From a virus (lineage: Duplodnaviria > Caudoviricetes): a stretch of 64,000 bases of DNA. Shown here one piece after another: positions 54,896-64,000 of the stretch. The stretch is from the IMG/VR virus record IMGVR_UViG_3300043395_004688. The stretch is one strand, 5' to 3'. Both the position numbers and the translations under genes were made by a program. Positions within the stretch are counted from its first letter, which is position 1; the number at the start of each line of letters is the position of its first letter. Under the pieces are notes generated by a model. The model was not told where the DNA came from and did no database searches. It was given only the letters and a program-made list of their open reading frames with translations.

Positions 54896-55656
54896 TAGAT
54901 TTTGCCAGCCTTATCAATCTAGATGATTGTGCTACTTTAGCCAAGAAATATTCTGGTGTAGTAGCATTGCCATTGGCGTTGCCAAAATTTACTTGGGACT
55001 CTGAAAAAGAGTTCTGGCGCATTTGGAATACGGATAATGCTGGTGTTACAAGGCAGCACATTGATCGTGGGGCACAAGGCAGATCGGCACCTCGAACTGA
55101 TCTAGTGCAATGGGATGGACTGGCCTTGTATGAGGACCATACACTTTTAGATAAGGCTGCATGGCTCACTAAGGTTTCGCAAGAACTGAGAGAGACCCAG
55201 CCTCAATTTTTGAACTCAATTTTTGATCTTATGCCATTTAGTCGCATACGATCTGTTAGACTATGGAGTGCTAACAAACCAATTCCAGCGCACTATGATG
55301 GCAATATGCCTGCGTCGCTTGATGGTAAATTACAGTTTCCTGCTGAAATAAGAATCATGCTACACGATGCTAATACAACAGAAACTTTCTGGTGCTGTTC
55401 GTCTACCAAGTATCGTCCAGGCCCTGATACTGTTGTTCCTGACAATGATCGCTACTACATTAAATTGCCCACGGACTCAAACACATTTGCGTGGAACAAT
55501 GAAGGATACTTGCACGGTGCAGATTACCATTCTCCGCATAGAAAAATTCTTGCAGTAATTAAAGGTTGGGTTGATACTAGAAGACTAGAAAAATTACTTG
55601 ATCAAAGCATTGAAAAATATCCTTCGCTAATTCTTAGAGAGAAACTAAATGACTAA
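54892..55656 (+). CDS. Possible 2OG-Fe(II) oxygenase-fold protein
   Basis: PAHYDG...YLHGA...RKI. Confidence 0.5.
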   Translation: MIDFASLINLDDCATLAKKYSGVVALPLALPKFTWDSEKEFWRIWNTDNAGVTRQHIDRGAQGRSAPRTDLVQWDGLALYEDHTLLDKAAWLTKVSQELRETQPQFLNSIFDLMPFSRIRSVRLWSANKPIPAHYDGNMPASLDGKLQFPAEIRIMLHDANTTETFWCCSSTKYRPGPDTVVPDNDRYYIKLPTDSNTFAWNNEGYLHGADYHSPHRKILAVIKGWVDTRRLEKLLDQSIEKYPSLILREKLND

Positions 55657-56434
55657 AATTGTAATTCAAGGTAAAGGTACAGTTGGCCTATCAACTGAAA
55701 TGTTTCTTAAACATTATATCAAAGATGTTGATGTAGTGTTTAATGATCCTTTTAAGGAAATTGCAGTCAGTCAGGATGATTGGTTGACCGCTGACTATGT
55801 TGCTATTTGTGTAAACACAGACCTTGACGAATCATTGCCTTTGCCAGAAAACAATATTAAAAATGTCGTTGAAGCTATTGGCCATGCAATTGGCTGCGGA
55901 TTTGGTGGCCAATTCTTGGTTCGTAGTACCATTGGTGTCGAAGATGCTGTCAAGCTAGTTAAGGAACACGGAACCAAAATAATTATGTGGCCCGAGTATA
56001 TCAGAGAAGCATCATGGCAACTTGATAGTATTGCACCGCGTATGGTTCTACTAGGTGGCGATGCTGAAAACTTTGCCTTGCTGTTTGATGAAAGCTATCA
56101 AGGTCCAGTTATTATCACCGAACCAGTCGAGGCCATGCTTGCAAAATTAAGCACCAATGCATTTCTATCAACCAAGGTTATTTTTGCCAATCAAGTAAGA
56201 CAACTTTGCGAAACTTATGGTCTAGACTACGGCCTAGTGAGTCAGCTGTTGGCCAATGAAGGTCGGCTGGGAGAAAGCCATTGGCAAAGTCCTGGGCCTG
56301 ATGGGCGAGCTGGCTTTGGCGGTAAATGCTTTCCTAAAGATATGAAAACCTTTGAGACTGCCTTGATAAAAGCAGGCTTACCCAGTAACATGGCTCAGGC
56401 TGTTTTAGATCTGAACAAACAAATGCGACCTTAA
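55649..56434 (+). CDS. UDP-glucose/GDP-mannose dehydrogenase family protein lacking the C-terminal domain
   Basis: GKGTVG, ICVNT, VRST, PEYIRE, KLSTN, GFGGKCFPKD. Confidence 0.8.
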   Translation: MTKIVIQGKGTVGLSTEMFLKHYIKDVDVVFNDPFKEIAVSQDDWLTADYVAICVNTDLDESLPLPENNIKNVVEAIGHAIGCGFGGQFLVRSTIGVEDAVKLVKEHGTKIIMWPEYIREASWQLDSIAPRMVLLGGDAENFALLFDESYQGPVIITEPVEAMLAKLSTNAFLSTKVIFANQVRQLCETYGLDYGLVSQLLANEGRLGESHWQSPGPDGRAGFGGKCFPKDMKTFETALIKAGLPSNMAQAVLDLNKQMRP

Positions 56435-56440
56435 TAGTCG

Positions 56441-56469
56441 TTGACATTTGCTGAGAGTTTTGCTAAACT
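56441..56469 (+). promoter_or_regulatory. sigma70-type promoter
   Basis: TTGACA-17 nt-TAAACT with extended TG. Confidence 0.7.
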
Positions 56470-56497
56470 ACTATTAGTTACAAATTTAGGTGATCCA

Positions 56498-57352
56498 ATG
56501 AAGATAAAAGTAGTAAGCGACTTGCATCTAGAGTTCTCAGACATTAACATCAACAACAATGAAGGTTGTGATGTTCTAATTCTCAGCGGCGACATTATGG
56601 TAGCCCAAGATCTGCATGACCACCCCGAAATGGAATATGGCATGTACAGCAATGTAAACCTTGCTGATTTGGGCCGCAGGCAACAAACTGCTCTGCGCTT
56701 TCGCGACTTTCTAAAGCGTTGCAGTTTTCAATTTCCGCATGTTGTATATGTTGCTGGCAACCACGAATTCTATCATGGCAAGTGGAATCAGACCATTGAT
56801 ACTCTACGAATAGAATGCGCTAAGTTTCCTAACATACACTTCTTGGAACGAGATACTGTTACTATCAACGATGTGCTATTTGTTGGTGGCACATTGTGGA
56901 CTGATTGCAACAACAACGATCCACTGACTATGCATGGTCTTCGTGATATGATGAATGATTTTCGCATTGTTCGTGTTGAAGATGCTGGCTATCGGGCTCT
57001 TAAGCCCGCTGACATTGTTGCACGGCACAAGAAGACTCTAGGCTACATTAAACTAGTCTTAGACGAAAACCGAGACAAGACTTGTGTAGTAGTAGGACAC
57101 CATACTCCTAGCTTTCAAAGCTGCCATGAACAGTATGCACATGATCAGATTATGAATGGTGGCTATCACAGTGAACTCAGCGAGTTTATTTTAGATCATC
57201 CGCAGATCAAGCTATGGACACACGGTCATACTCATCATTGTTTTGATTACACTATTGGAAGCACTCGCGTTGTTTGTAATCCGCGAGGCTACCACAACGG
57301 TGGCTATGGCGAAGAAACAGGATGGAGCCCTGAGAAAGTAGTGGAAATTTAA
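56498..57352 (+). CDS. Calcineurin-like metallophosphoesterase
   Basis: SDLHLE, GD, GNHE, GHH, HGHTH. Confidence 0.92.
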   Translation: MKIKVVSDLHLEFSDININNNEGCDVLILSGDIMVAQDLHDHPEMEYGMYSNVNLADLGRRQQTALRFRDFLKRCSFQFPHVVYVAGNHEFYHGKWNQTIDTLRIECAKFPNIHFLERDTVTINDVLFVGGTLWTDCNNNDPLTMHGLRDMMNDFRIVRVEDAGYRALKPADIVARHKKTLGYIKLVLDENRDKTCVVVGHHTPSFQSCHEQYAHDQIMNGGYHSELSEFILDHPQIKLWTHGHTHHCFDYTIGSTRVVCNPRGYHNGGYGEETGWSPEKVVEI

Positions 57353-57568
57353 ATGCAACCAGTAACACCTCCCGAGTCAATAACAGTATGGGTATTATCT
57401 AGTTTGAGTACCACTGGATCAATGACCATGCATACTCCGTCATCGTACTCTGGAGGTGTTTTTCCAGGATATTTTATTAGGCTTGAAGATGCCCAACAGG
57501 AGCAAATGCTACTGGCTCTCAAAGGACAGAAGTCACATGTATTTCAATTAGATTTTCCAAGGCCATGA
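57353..57568 (+). CDS. Hypothetical protein
   Basis: Abuts its neighbours. Confidence 0.5.
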   Translation: MQPVTPPESITVWVLSSLSTTGSMTMHTPSSYSGGVFPGYFIRLEDAQQEQMLLALKGQKSHVFQLDFPRP

Positions 57569-57786
57569 AAACTCGAGAAGAAATTATTACATCCATGTGC
57601 TATACATATCGGCATGATTATGGGCTGACTAAGCGTTCCGATCCTGGTGGTTATAGCTTTCCTTTTGAAGCCGGTATGACATTTGAGGAACAACAGGCGT
57701 TGTGGCGCCAGATGGCACAGATTTTTGACAACGACATTGCTCCGCATATGGAATTCAAAGATGCAACGACCAAAGAGGCCACCTAA
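57565..57786 (+). CDS. Hypothetical protein
   Basis: ATGA overlap. Confidence 0.6.
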   Translation: MKTREEIITSMCYTYRHDYGLTKRSDPGGYSFPFEAGMTFEEQQALWRQMAQIFDNDIAPHMEFKDATTKEAT

Positions 57787-58027
57787 AAGTGTAGAACCAA
57801 CTGAACTGCATAAAGATTTACTTGACAGAGAGTTTAAAGTAGGTCAGTATGTTGCAGTATCGGACAGCGGGTTATACATTGCAAGAGTAACTAGATTTAC
57901 AGCTAAAATGGTAGAAGTTGAAAAAATTAATAGCAAGTATCGCAGCAAAAGATTAAAGTATGCCAGCGACATGGTAATACTAGATGGCCCAGATGTGTTT
58001 ATGTGGGTGTTAGCAAACGGTTTATAA
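57761..58027 (+). CDS. Small beta-rich (SH3/KOW-like) protein
   Basis: [15 protein letters not shown]...[13 protein letters not shown]. Confidence 0.55.
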   Translation: MQRPKRPPKSVEPTELHKDLLDREFKVGQYVAVSDSGLYIARVTRFTAKMVEVEKINSKYRSKRLKYASDMVILDGPDVFMWVLANGL

Positions 58028-58028
58028 A

Positions 58029-59048
58029 ATGAGAATCGAAGAAGATATTAAGTTGGACTTTCGTGATGTGCTGATTCGCCCCAAGCGAAGCACACTGGCT
58101 AGTCGCAAGGAAGTAGAACTAAAGCGTACATATACCTTTAAGCACAGCGGCTGGGAGTGGTCTGGTGTTCCTGTTATGGCTGCTAACATGGACGGCGTTG
58201 GAACCACTGCCATGGCTGAAGCGTTGTACGAGCATCGCATGTTTACCTGCTTGGTTAAAAACTACGACGAAGATCAGTTGTTTGATCTAGTTGGCGGTAT
58301 TGGTGGCAATTACTTTGCTGTTAGTACTGGCATTGGCGAAAAAGACTTTGTTAGACTGAGCCGCATCATCAATGCCTATCCAGAGATTCACTTTATTTGT
58401 ATTGATGTTGCCAACGGCTACAGTGAACAGTTTGGCGACTATGTAGCAGATGTTAGAGAAGCGTTCCCTCATTGCACTATCATTGCTGGCAATGTAGTTA
58501 CTGCTGACATGACTCAAGAACTTATTTTGAGAGGAGCAGACATTGTCAAAGTTGGAATCGGACCGGGATCGGTATGTACGACTAGGTTACAAACTGGGGT
58601 TGGCTACCCGCAACTTAGTGCGATCATTGAGTGCGCTGATGCGGCGCATGGGCTTGGTGGACATATCATTGCTGACGGCGGGTGTACTTGCCCAGGCGAT
58701 GTGGCTAAAGCATTTGGTGCAGGCGCAGACTTTGTTATGCTGGGTGGCATGTTAGCCGGACACGACGAAGGTGGTGGCACAGTCGAAGATGGCAAGGTAA
58801 AGTTTTATGGCATGAGTTCAGATACTGCCATGAACAAGCATCACGGTGGTGTTGCCGAGTATCGTAGCAGTGAAGGTAGAACTGTAGAAATTCCTTACCG
58901 CGGTGCTGTCACGCATACTGTGATGGATCTACTTGGAGGCTTGCGTAGCACCTGTACCTATGTTGGTGCACCAACACTCAAGCAGTTGCCCAAATGTACT
59001 ACCTTTATTCGCGTCAACAGACAAATCAACGATGTGTTCCTAAAGTGA
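58029..59048 (+). CDS. guaC: GMP reductase
   Basis: [60 protein letters not shown]. Confidence 0.95.
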   Translation: MRIEEDIKLDFRDVLIRPKRSTLASRKEVELKRTYTFKHSGWEWSGVPVMAANMDGVGTTAMAEALYEHRMFTCLVKNYDEDQLFDLVGGIGGNYFAVSTGIGEKDFVRLSRIINAYPEIHFICIDVANGYSEQFGDYVADVREAFPHCTIIAGNVVTADMTQELILRGADIVKVGIGPGSVCTTRLQTGVGYPQLSAIIECADAAHGLGGHIIADGGCTCPGDVAKAFGAGADFVMLGGMLAGHDEGGGTVEDGKVKFYGMSSDTAMNKHHGGVAEYRSSEGRTVEIPYRGAVTHTVMDLLGGLRSTCTYVGAPTLKQLPKCTTFIRVNRQINDVFLK

Positions 59049-59275
59049 GATACTTTTCTTATAACGAATACGACCCAGATTCACCTAGAGCAGATGACAC
59101 TGGCGGCTATGTGGAAACACTATCCGAAGAAGAGATTCGCGCTAGGTACTGGCCGTATTGGTATAAGAAAATGTGTGAAAAATTTGGTCAAGAGCATGTG
59201 GACAAAAACTACTGCTTCGAAGACTGTTTAGTTGATTGGCAAGTTGTTAACTGGGCATGGGAAGTAACAAAATGA
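59045..59275 (+). CDS. Hypothetical protein
   Basis: GTG start overlapping the guaC stop. Confidence 0.55.
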   Translation: MRYFSYNEYDPDSPRADDTGGYVETLSEEEIRARYWPYWYKKMCEKFGQEHVDKNYCFEDCLVDWQVVNWAWEVTK

Positions 59276-59655
59276 ATCAAGAAATTCTTGGCTATGACCT
59301 TCAAGGTCAACCTATTCATAAAACACCGAAAGGATCTATTGTGACTCAGGCATTTATTCTTTGTTCAATGTGCAGGAAACCTATTAGTAATGTTGGCGGG
59401 CCAAGGCATGGTAGCGAATGTCTTGATTGTCATCCTATTCGTCAGGCATTTGAATCTGAGTGTTATCCTAATTTTAGTCCTGACTCTGCTCACGGGCTTA
59501 GGCGAAAGCCCAATGGCGAATATATTAGCAATGTATTAGAAGATCATTGGCAAACTTTTCAAGAGGGCTGGGAGCAAGCAATGAAACACTTGCAAAATAA
59601 GACCAACTCGTGCTATAGTGATATAGTCAGCACTGGCGGAATGGATCCAAGATGA
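59272..59655 (+). CDS. Hypothetical protein with CxxC...CxxC
   Basis: CSMC...CLDC. Confidence 0.55.
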   Translation: MNQEILGYDLQGQPIHKTPKGSIVTQAFILCSMCRKPISNVGGPRHGSECLDCHPIRQAFESECYPNFSPDSAHGLRRKPNGEYISNVLEDHWQTFQEGWEQAMKHLQNKTNSCYSDIVSTGGMDPR

Positions 59656-59816
59656 GTAACTTATGGTTTAATATTCGTTTTGGTGTATACCACTGGCAGT
59701 GGGGACCTGATGGCATGACATGGCGTGAAAACCCTGCTCAGATTGAATGGCGTAGCAGAGAACCCGAAACTTGGCGTTGGTTTTGTGTTTATTGTTTATT
59801 TGGAAAACATCTATGA
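59652..59816 (+). CDS. Trp-rich 54-aa protein (not in ORF track)
   Basis: MSNLWFNIRFGVYHWQWGP...; ATGA overlaps at both ends. Confidence 0.55.
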   Translation: MSNLWFNIRFGVYHWQWGPDGMTWRENPAQIEWRSREPETWRWFCVYCLFGKHL

Positions 59817-59989
59817 ACGAACGAATTAAAAATTTAACGATTGATGAAATGATTGACTGTCTGCATAATCCCACATCAGACAAGCGTAGCCTTGCTGAAC
59901 TGGATACAGTAATTGATGAAATCATTGATCGTAATCCAGAATGGGTTGAACACATCATGAGAATTGTAGAACAAGGCCAAGGAAAGTAA
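59813..59989 (+). CDS. Small hypothetical protein
   Basis: Start MNERIK by overlap. Confidence 0.5.
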   Translation: MNERIKNLTIDEMIDCLHNPTSDKRSLAELDTVIDEIIDRNPEWVEHIMRIVEQGQGK

Positions 59990-59993
59990 AAGA

Positions 59994-60272
59994 ATGAATT
60001 CAATGACACGAGAAGAAGAGATCCTAACTGTTCTGCAAGAAGAATGTGCCGAAGTCAGCCAAATGGTGTGTAAGATCCGTAGGTTTGGCATTGACGAGAC
60101 TCACCTCAAGGAAGGCGGATCTAATCGCGAGCGCCTAACCGAAGAAGTAGGGGATTTACAAGCGGCGATAGATCTGTTAAAATTACACAATATAGTCAAT
60201 GAACATGATATCGAACTAGCCAAGCAACGCAAGTTTGAAAAGTTAAAAAGGTGGTCAAAAATCTATGAATGA
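59994..60272 (+). CDS. MazG-like NTP pyrophosphohydrolase
   Basis: LQEECAEV...LTEEVGDL (ExxE...ExxD). Confidence 0.8.
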   Translation: MNSMTREEEILTVLQEECAEVSQMVCKIRRFGIDETHLKEGGSNRERLTEEVGDLQAAIDLLKLHNIVNEHDIELAKQRKFEKLKRWSKIYE

Positions 60273-61134
60273 ATTTAAAGTAAGCGAAATCTTTTACTCA
60301 GCACAAGGTGAAGGACGCTTTGTAGGTGTGCCCAGTGTGTTCTTTAGAACATTTGGTTGTAACTTCAAGTGTGCAGGATTTGGTTTGCCCAAGGGCGAAA
60401 AAACCACAGAGCCTGATGAGATTGGTAAAAGTGTTCACTTATACAAGACATTCAACGACTTGCCATTGGCCAAAGCCGGTTGCGATAGCTATGCTAGCTG
60501 GCATCCTGCCTTTAAGCATTTGAGTCCAACTTATACAGTTGATCAAAGCATTGATGCAATGCTGGCATTGACTCCCAACCATCACTGGAAGCAAAACAAC
60601 GGCAATGATGTTCATTTGGTTGTTACTGGCGGTGAACCGTTGCTGGGATGGCAACAGCTATATCCTGCACTACTGAGTCATCCTAGAATGACAGACCTCG
60701 ACAACCTGACATTTGAAACCAATGGTACTCAAATGTTGCATGACGAATTTTACGATTATCTTTTCCAGGACTGGACTAGGTTTGGTCGCGATGCTGATAA
60801 TCTTACATTTAGTGTTAGCCCTAAGCTTAGTGCCAGCGGCGAGCGTTGGGAACAAGCTATCAAGCCAGATGTAGTACAACAGTATCAAACTGTTGGGCAT
60901 GTTTATTTGAAATTTGTAATTGAAAAAATTGAAGACTTTGAAGAAGTAGATCAAGCAGTTATGGAATTTAGAGCTGGTGGCTTTGGTGGACAGGTCTATG
61001 TAATGCCCGTAGGTGGCACTGATGCCGCTTACTTTGCAAACAACAAACACATTGCTGACGAAGCTTTAGCAAGAGGTTATCGTTACAGCCCAAGATTGCA
61101 TGTGGACATTTGGAGCAACGGATGGGGCAAATGA
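60265..61134 (+). CDS. queE: 7-carboxy-7-deazaguanine synthase (radical SAM)
   Basis: EIFYSAQGEG..VFFRTFGCNFKC...CDS, VTGGEP, FETNG, SVSPKL, SPRLH. Confidence 0.9.
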   Translation: MNEFKVSEIFYSAQGEGRFVGVPSVFFRTFGCNFKCAGFGLPKGEKTTEPDEIGKSVHLYKTFNDLPLAKAGCDSYASWHPAFKHLSPTYTVDQSIDAMLALTPNHHWKQNNGNDVHLVVTGGEPLLGWQQLYPALLSHPRMTDLDNLTFETNGTQMLHDEFYDYLFQDWTRFGRDADNLTFSVSPKLSASGERWEQAIKPDVVQQYQTVGHVYLKFVIEKIEDFEEVDQAVMEFRAGGFGGQVYVMPVGGTDAAYFANNKHIADEALARGYRYSPRLHVDIWSNGWGK

Positions 61135-61469
61135 AAGCTCAAATTCCAGCAGTAGGAATACTCAAGCGCAGTGATTATGGCGATAGCAAATCTTATCAGA
61201 TTGTGTGCGAGTGCCATAATCCTAATCATGACCATAATGTTTGGGTAGAAGCCGAAGATACCGGAGTTACTGTTACCACCTATACAACTCAAGTAACCAA
61301 GCTCTGGGAACTAAGCAGATGGAAAACTATCTGGATTCTTTTAACCAAGGGCTATGTTGAATACCAAGCAAGTATTATTATGACTCAGCAACAGGCGCTG
61401 AATTATGCTGAAACTTTGAAATCAGCCGTTAGCGATGTAACAAACCTTCGAAAAAGTTCTAAACCTTGA
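61131..61469 (+). CDS. Hypothetical protein
   Basis: ATGA overlap with queE. Confidence 0.6.
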   Translation: MKAQIPAVGILKRSDYGDSKSYQIVCECHNPNHDHNVWVEAEDTGVTVTTYTTQVTKLWELSRWKTIWILLTKGYVEYQASIIMTQQQALNYAETLKSAVSDVTNLRKSSKP

Positions 61470-61480
61470 TATATACGGCT

Positions 61481-61753
61481 ATGAACACCAAAATTCAAAC
61501 ATGGACACATTCGTGCTCTACTAGTGGTACATTTGTTGTATTGCGACTAGATGAGATTTGCCCGCGATGCCTTATTAATCACCAACTCCATGCCCTCCGC
61601 CACGATGGATTTTTAGTTACTCCTGCCAGCAACCCTAAGAAATTTTTAGAAAAGAGTAAGGTTAAGCTTGCAGCTTTATTTGCTCCTAAGCAACAGATTA
61701 AAAAGAACATAGATGAAGATGAGCAAACACAGCACCTCCATAGAATCGGATAA
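61481..61753 (+). CDS. Hypothetical protein
   Basis: H.C...CPRC. Confidence 0.45.
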   Translation: MNTKIQTWTHSCSTSGTFVVLRLDEICPRCLINHQLHALRHDGFLVTPASNPKKFLEKSKVKLAALFAPKQQIKKNIDEDEQTQHLHRIG

Positions 61754-61928
61754 GCATGCCAGTGACACAAATCCGTGTCTTGGCATTTGTCAATCGGACG
61801 CAAAAGGATACTGCATAGGCTGCTATCGCACACAAGACGAAAGAGAAAAGTGGTACACTGAATCAGTCAAGTGGCGCGAGCAAACTTTAAAAGAATTGTC
61901 CTTGAGGGAGACAAGGGCCTTTGAATGA
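61713..61928 (+). CDS. DUF1289-like Cys-rich protein
   Basis: PCLGIC...YCIGCYRT.DE..KW. Confidence 0.75.
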   Translation: MKMSKHSTSIESDKHASDTNPCLGICQSDAKGYCIGCYRTQDEREKWYTESVKWREQTLKELSLRETRAFE

Positions 61929-62830
61929 TAAACATTGCTCGACCTGTTAAATTATTAAATTTACTTTCGCGCGATAGCTGGATCTCTCTGCTTCAGTCTC
62001 CAAGGTTATTGCTCAACTACGAATACCACGATATTGCTTTTTTTGCATTACTGGCTTATATTAAGAAGCCCAGTAACATATTAGACCTGGGCAGCTACAC
62101 TGGCTTTTTGCCTTTTTTGGTCGAGCGGGTAACATTGCTATCCAACTCATCTCAAAGATATAATTGGACTTTGGTTGATGATTCTAGGTATCTCAGTGAA
62201 CTAAGGTCGTCTATTATTAACAATAATCCATTGAGTGGAAAAGGACTCAAAGAAGTACACAAAATAAGTTGGCTTAAAAGTAGAGTGCCTCCTACCATTG
62301 GTTCAATTTTAAACGAACATGGCGATTATTATTTGCCGCCGGTTGAACCCAACGAGTTTGCTGATTTTTGGAAAAAGTTTTCTTGGGTCGTTAGCATAGA
62401 GCAGCCCCAAATGTCTATGTACAAAACTTTAGAAAGCGTTCCTCCGGATCTAAAATTTGACTTGGTGCATTTTGATCTGGCAGCAGGCAATACAGAAAAC
62501 TCAGAAGTGTTTAACTACCTGAGACAAAACTATCTAAAGGACGACTCTATCGTTGTTTTTGATGATGTTGAAATTGCACATCCTAAAATGTTGCTGTTTT
62601 TCTTGGATGTTATAGAGCAGACTGAATACAGACCAGTTGCCATTGGAATGCAAAAAATTGCAGTAATGAACCGAGCATACAAAGATGCTTTCATTGACAT
62701 AACTAGTCAACTAGGCCTGTTGGACTTCAGTAGCGAACCTTTTAGAGATAAGTCCAATGAAGCCTACAAATTTTTCCCCGAAACAAGCAGTCGTTGGGGA
62801 CAGTATCTTAACCTAAGGGCAAAAACCTAA
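61925..62830 (+). CDS. Class I SAM-dependent methyltransferase-like protein
   Basis: ILDLGSYTG, FDLVHFD, VVFDD. Confidence 0.7.
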   Translation: MINIARPVKLLNLLSRDSWISLLQSPRLLLNYEYHDIAFFALLAYIKKPSNILDLGSYTGFLPFLVERVTLLSNSSQRYNWTLVDDSRYLSELRSSIINNNPLSGKGLKEVHKISWLKSRVPPTIGSILNEHGDYYLPPVEPNEFADFWKKFSWVVSIEQPQMSMYKTLESVPPDLKFDLVHFDLAAGNTENSEVFNYLRQNYLKDDSIVVFDDVEIAHPKMLLFFLDVIEQTEYRPVAIGMQKIAVMNRAYKDAFIDITSQLGLLDFSSEPFRDKSNEAYKFFPETSSRWGQYLNLRAKT

Positions 62831-62831
62831 A

Positions 62832-63155
62832 ATGTTTAAATTCATAAAAAATCTATTCAATCGCAAACCTACTGCTAAGAGTATGCGAGACAATCCAGAA
62901 CCTTGGGTACAGGTTATCAAAGCTAATTTAGATCCAAGTAATCCCAAGCAAGGTTATTTTGAACTTGAATGGAACCCGGCCTTTGTGCGTCATTTAATGG
63001 ATCATGGATATCGTGGACCTACTCCCGAAGATATTGTTGATCAATGGTTCACAGAGCTGTGCCGCAATGTTGGCATGGATGGTGTTGCTGAAGGGTCGTT
63101 TGTGGCAGACGCAGGTAGAATGTCCACTAACGAAAAAACACGCAAGCAAGAGTAA
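62832..63155 (+). CDS. Hypothetical phage protein
   Basis: FELEWNPAFV..L...GY.G...EDIVDQWF. Confidence 0.7.
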   Translation: MFKFIKNLFNRKPTAKSMRDNPEPWVQVIKANLDPSNPKQGYFELEWNPAFVRHLMDHGYRGPTPEDIVDQWFTELCRNVGMDGVAEGSFVADAGRMSTNEKTRKQE

Positions 63156-63157
63156 AC

Positions 63158-63859
63158 ATGCAGGATCGTAAAAAGCTAATCTATGGCAAAGGTTGGTTGT
63201 TAAAAAAATCTTATATCAAAGACTCTTTGATTGATATATTTTACGATCGCATAGATCGATTAGGACCGCGGCGAGCCATTGACATCAATAAAAACTACGC
63301 CGAAGGTGCTGGAATACTTGATTTAGGCAAGCTGGCTATTTGGTGGAGTCAACAGGTTCTAGACTGGCCTGAATTTCAAAGCATTGAAAAAATAACATTT
63401 GACCTAGTTCGTAGTATTTTACTAGATCCAAGACTGTATGCGGCTGATGTTGTGACCATTGAACCTGGTAGCAACATTATAAATCCTCATGTAGATACTC
63501 CGCATCGTTTTCCAGAATGGAATTTTGATCAGCGACTATTGGCACTACAGTTGATCATTCCTTTGCACGACATTGACAGCAAGTCAGGCAGCACTGGATT
63601 GGTTGATCAAAGCCAGCTTGAAAATTATCCCATTGACGATTGCTACCAAGGCAAATATAATCAAAGCTTTTTGGATCTAGTCAAGCAACCAAAAATGCCC
63701 AAAGGATCTGTGCTGTGCTATAACGCAAGGCTCTTGCATTCAAGTATGCCCAATCCAAGTACTCGACCTAGAAAAGCATTGCTGATCCACTATTGCGAAT
63801 CCAGTATCATTAAAGCTCTTCGGTCCATTGATAACATTTGGTCATCATTGGTGCCTTAA
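63158..63859 (+). CDS. PhyH-like 2OG-Fe(II) dioxygenase
   Basis: PHVDTP...IPL.D....GST...LLHSSMPN.STRPR. Confidence 0.85.
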   Translation: MQDRKKLIYGKGWLLKKSYIKDSLIDIFYDRIDRLGPRRAIDINKNYAEGAGILDLGKLAIWWSQQVLDWPEFQSIEKITFDLVRSILLDPRLYAADVVTIEPGSNIINPHVDTPHRFPEWNFDQRLLALQLIIPLHDIDSKSGSTGLVDQSQLENYPIDDCYQGKYNQSFLDLVKQPKMPKGSVLCYNARLLHSSMPNPSTRPRKALLIHYCESSIIKALRSIDNIWSSLVP

Positions 63860-63876
63860 AAAACTAGAACACAGAA

Positions 63877-64000
63877 ATGACTTTAAAAGTAATAGGGGTA
63901 TACTCTAGTAACTCTAGACTGGATCGTAACAAAGTTCTACAAGACACTACTATAAACAAAGAAATTTATAGTGGGAATGAGTGGCGGGAGGATACACCTG
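63877..64000 (+). CDS. 5' part of a hypothetical protein (runs off the window)
   Basis: ATG at 63877, open to the window end. Confidence 0.45.
   Translation, partial: MTLKVIGVYSSNSRLDRNKVLQDTTINKEIYSGNEWREDTP

Noticed and set aside
1-64000. Stop-codon reassignment, as in some jumbo phages
   Set aside because: Known enzymes are full length in the standard code, and TAA, TGA and TAG all end genes at sensible places
1-64000. tRNA genes, CRISPR array, transposase, or diversity-generating retroelement
   Set aside because: Intergenic gaps are short, and I found no cloverleaf, repeat-spacer pattern, RT or transposase motifs by eye; tRNAscan and CRISPR tools were not run

Overview
This 64 kb window is a gene-dense, mostly + strand segment of a large T4-like (jumbo) myophage in the standard genetic code. 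The host is probably a proteobacterium, inferred from the ferredoxin, TraR-like, curli and DUF1289-like genes. I saw no tRNA, rRNA, CRISPR array or transposase. Layout: (1) 0-4 kb, tail-fibre-like paralogues, a HiPIP-like protein, a papain-family protease and a TraR-like protein. (2) 4-13.6 kb and 24.4-28 kb, large modular proteins whose domains (ART-like, ParB-like, GNAT, kinase, nucleotidyltransferase, GP88-like) are separated by [ILVM]-x-E linkers and which often start with a short M-[KRLI]-[LIF]-x-[EDQ]-[IVL] leader. I infer these are head-packaged polyproteins cut by the prohead protease. (3) 13.7-21.2 kb, a curli locus (csgF, csgG, two curlin-like genes) with FecR and a CHASE2 adenylate cyclase, then ACP and a desaturase. 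(4) 28-37.6 kb, a GH19 endolysin and a sugar-modification cluster. (5) 38.3-40.8 kb, nine tandem small paralogues. (6) 41.9-61.1 kb, family B DNA polymerase, a probable clamp, and a 7-deazaguanine pathway (DpdA-like, DpdL-like, FolE, QueE) interleaved with a glycosyltransferase, GalE, cupin, cytidylyltransferase, PRTase, GMP reductase and MazG-like genes. All family calls come from motifs read by eye; no database search was run.
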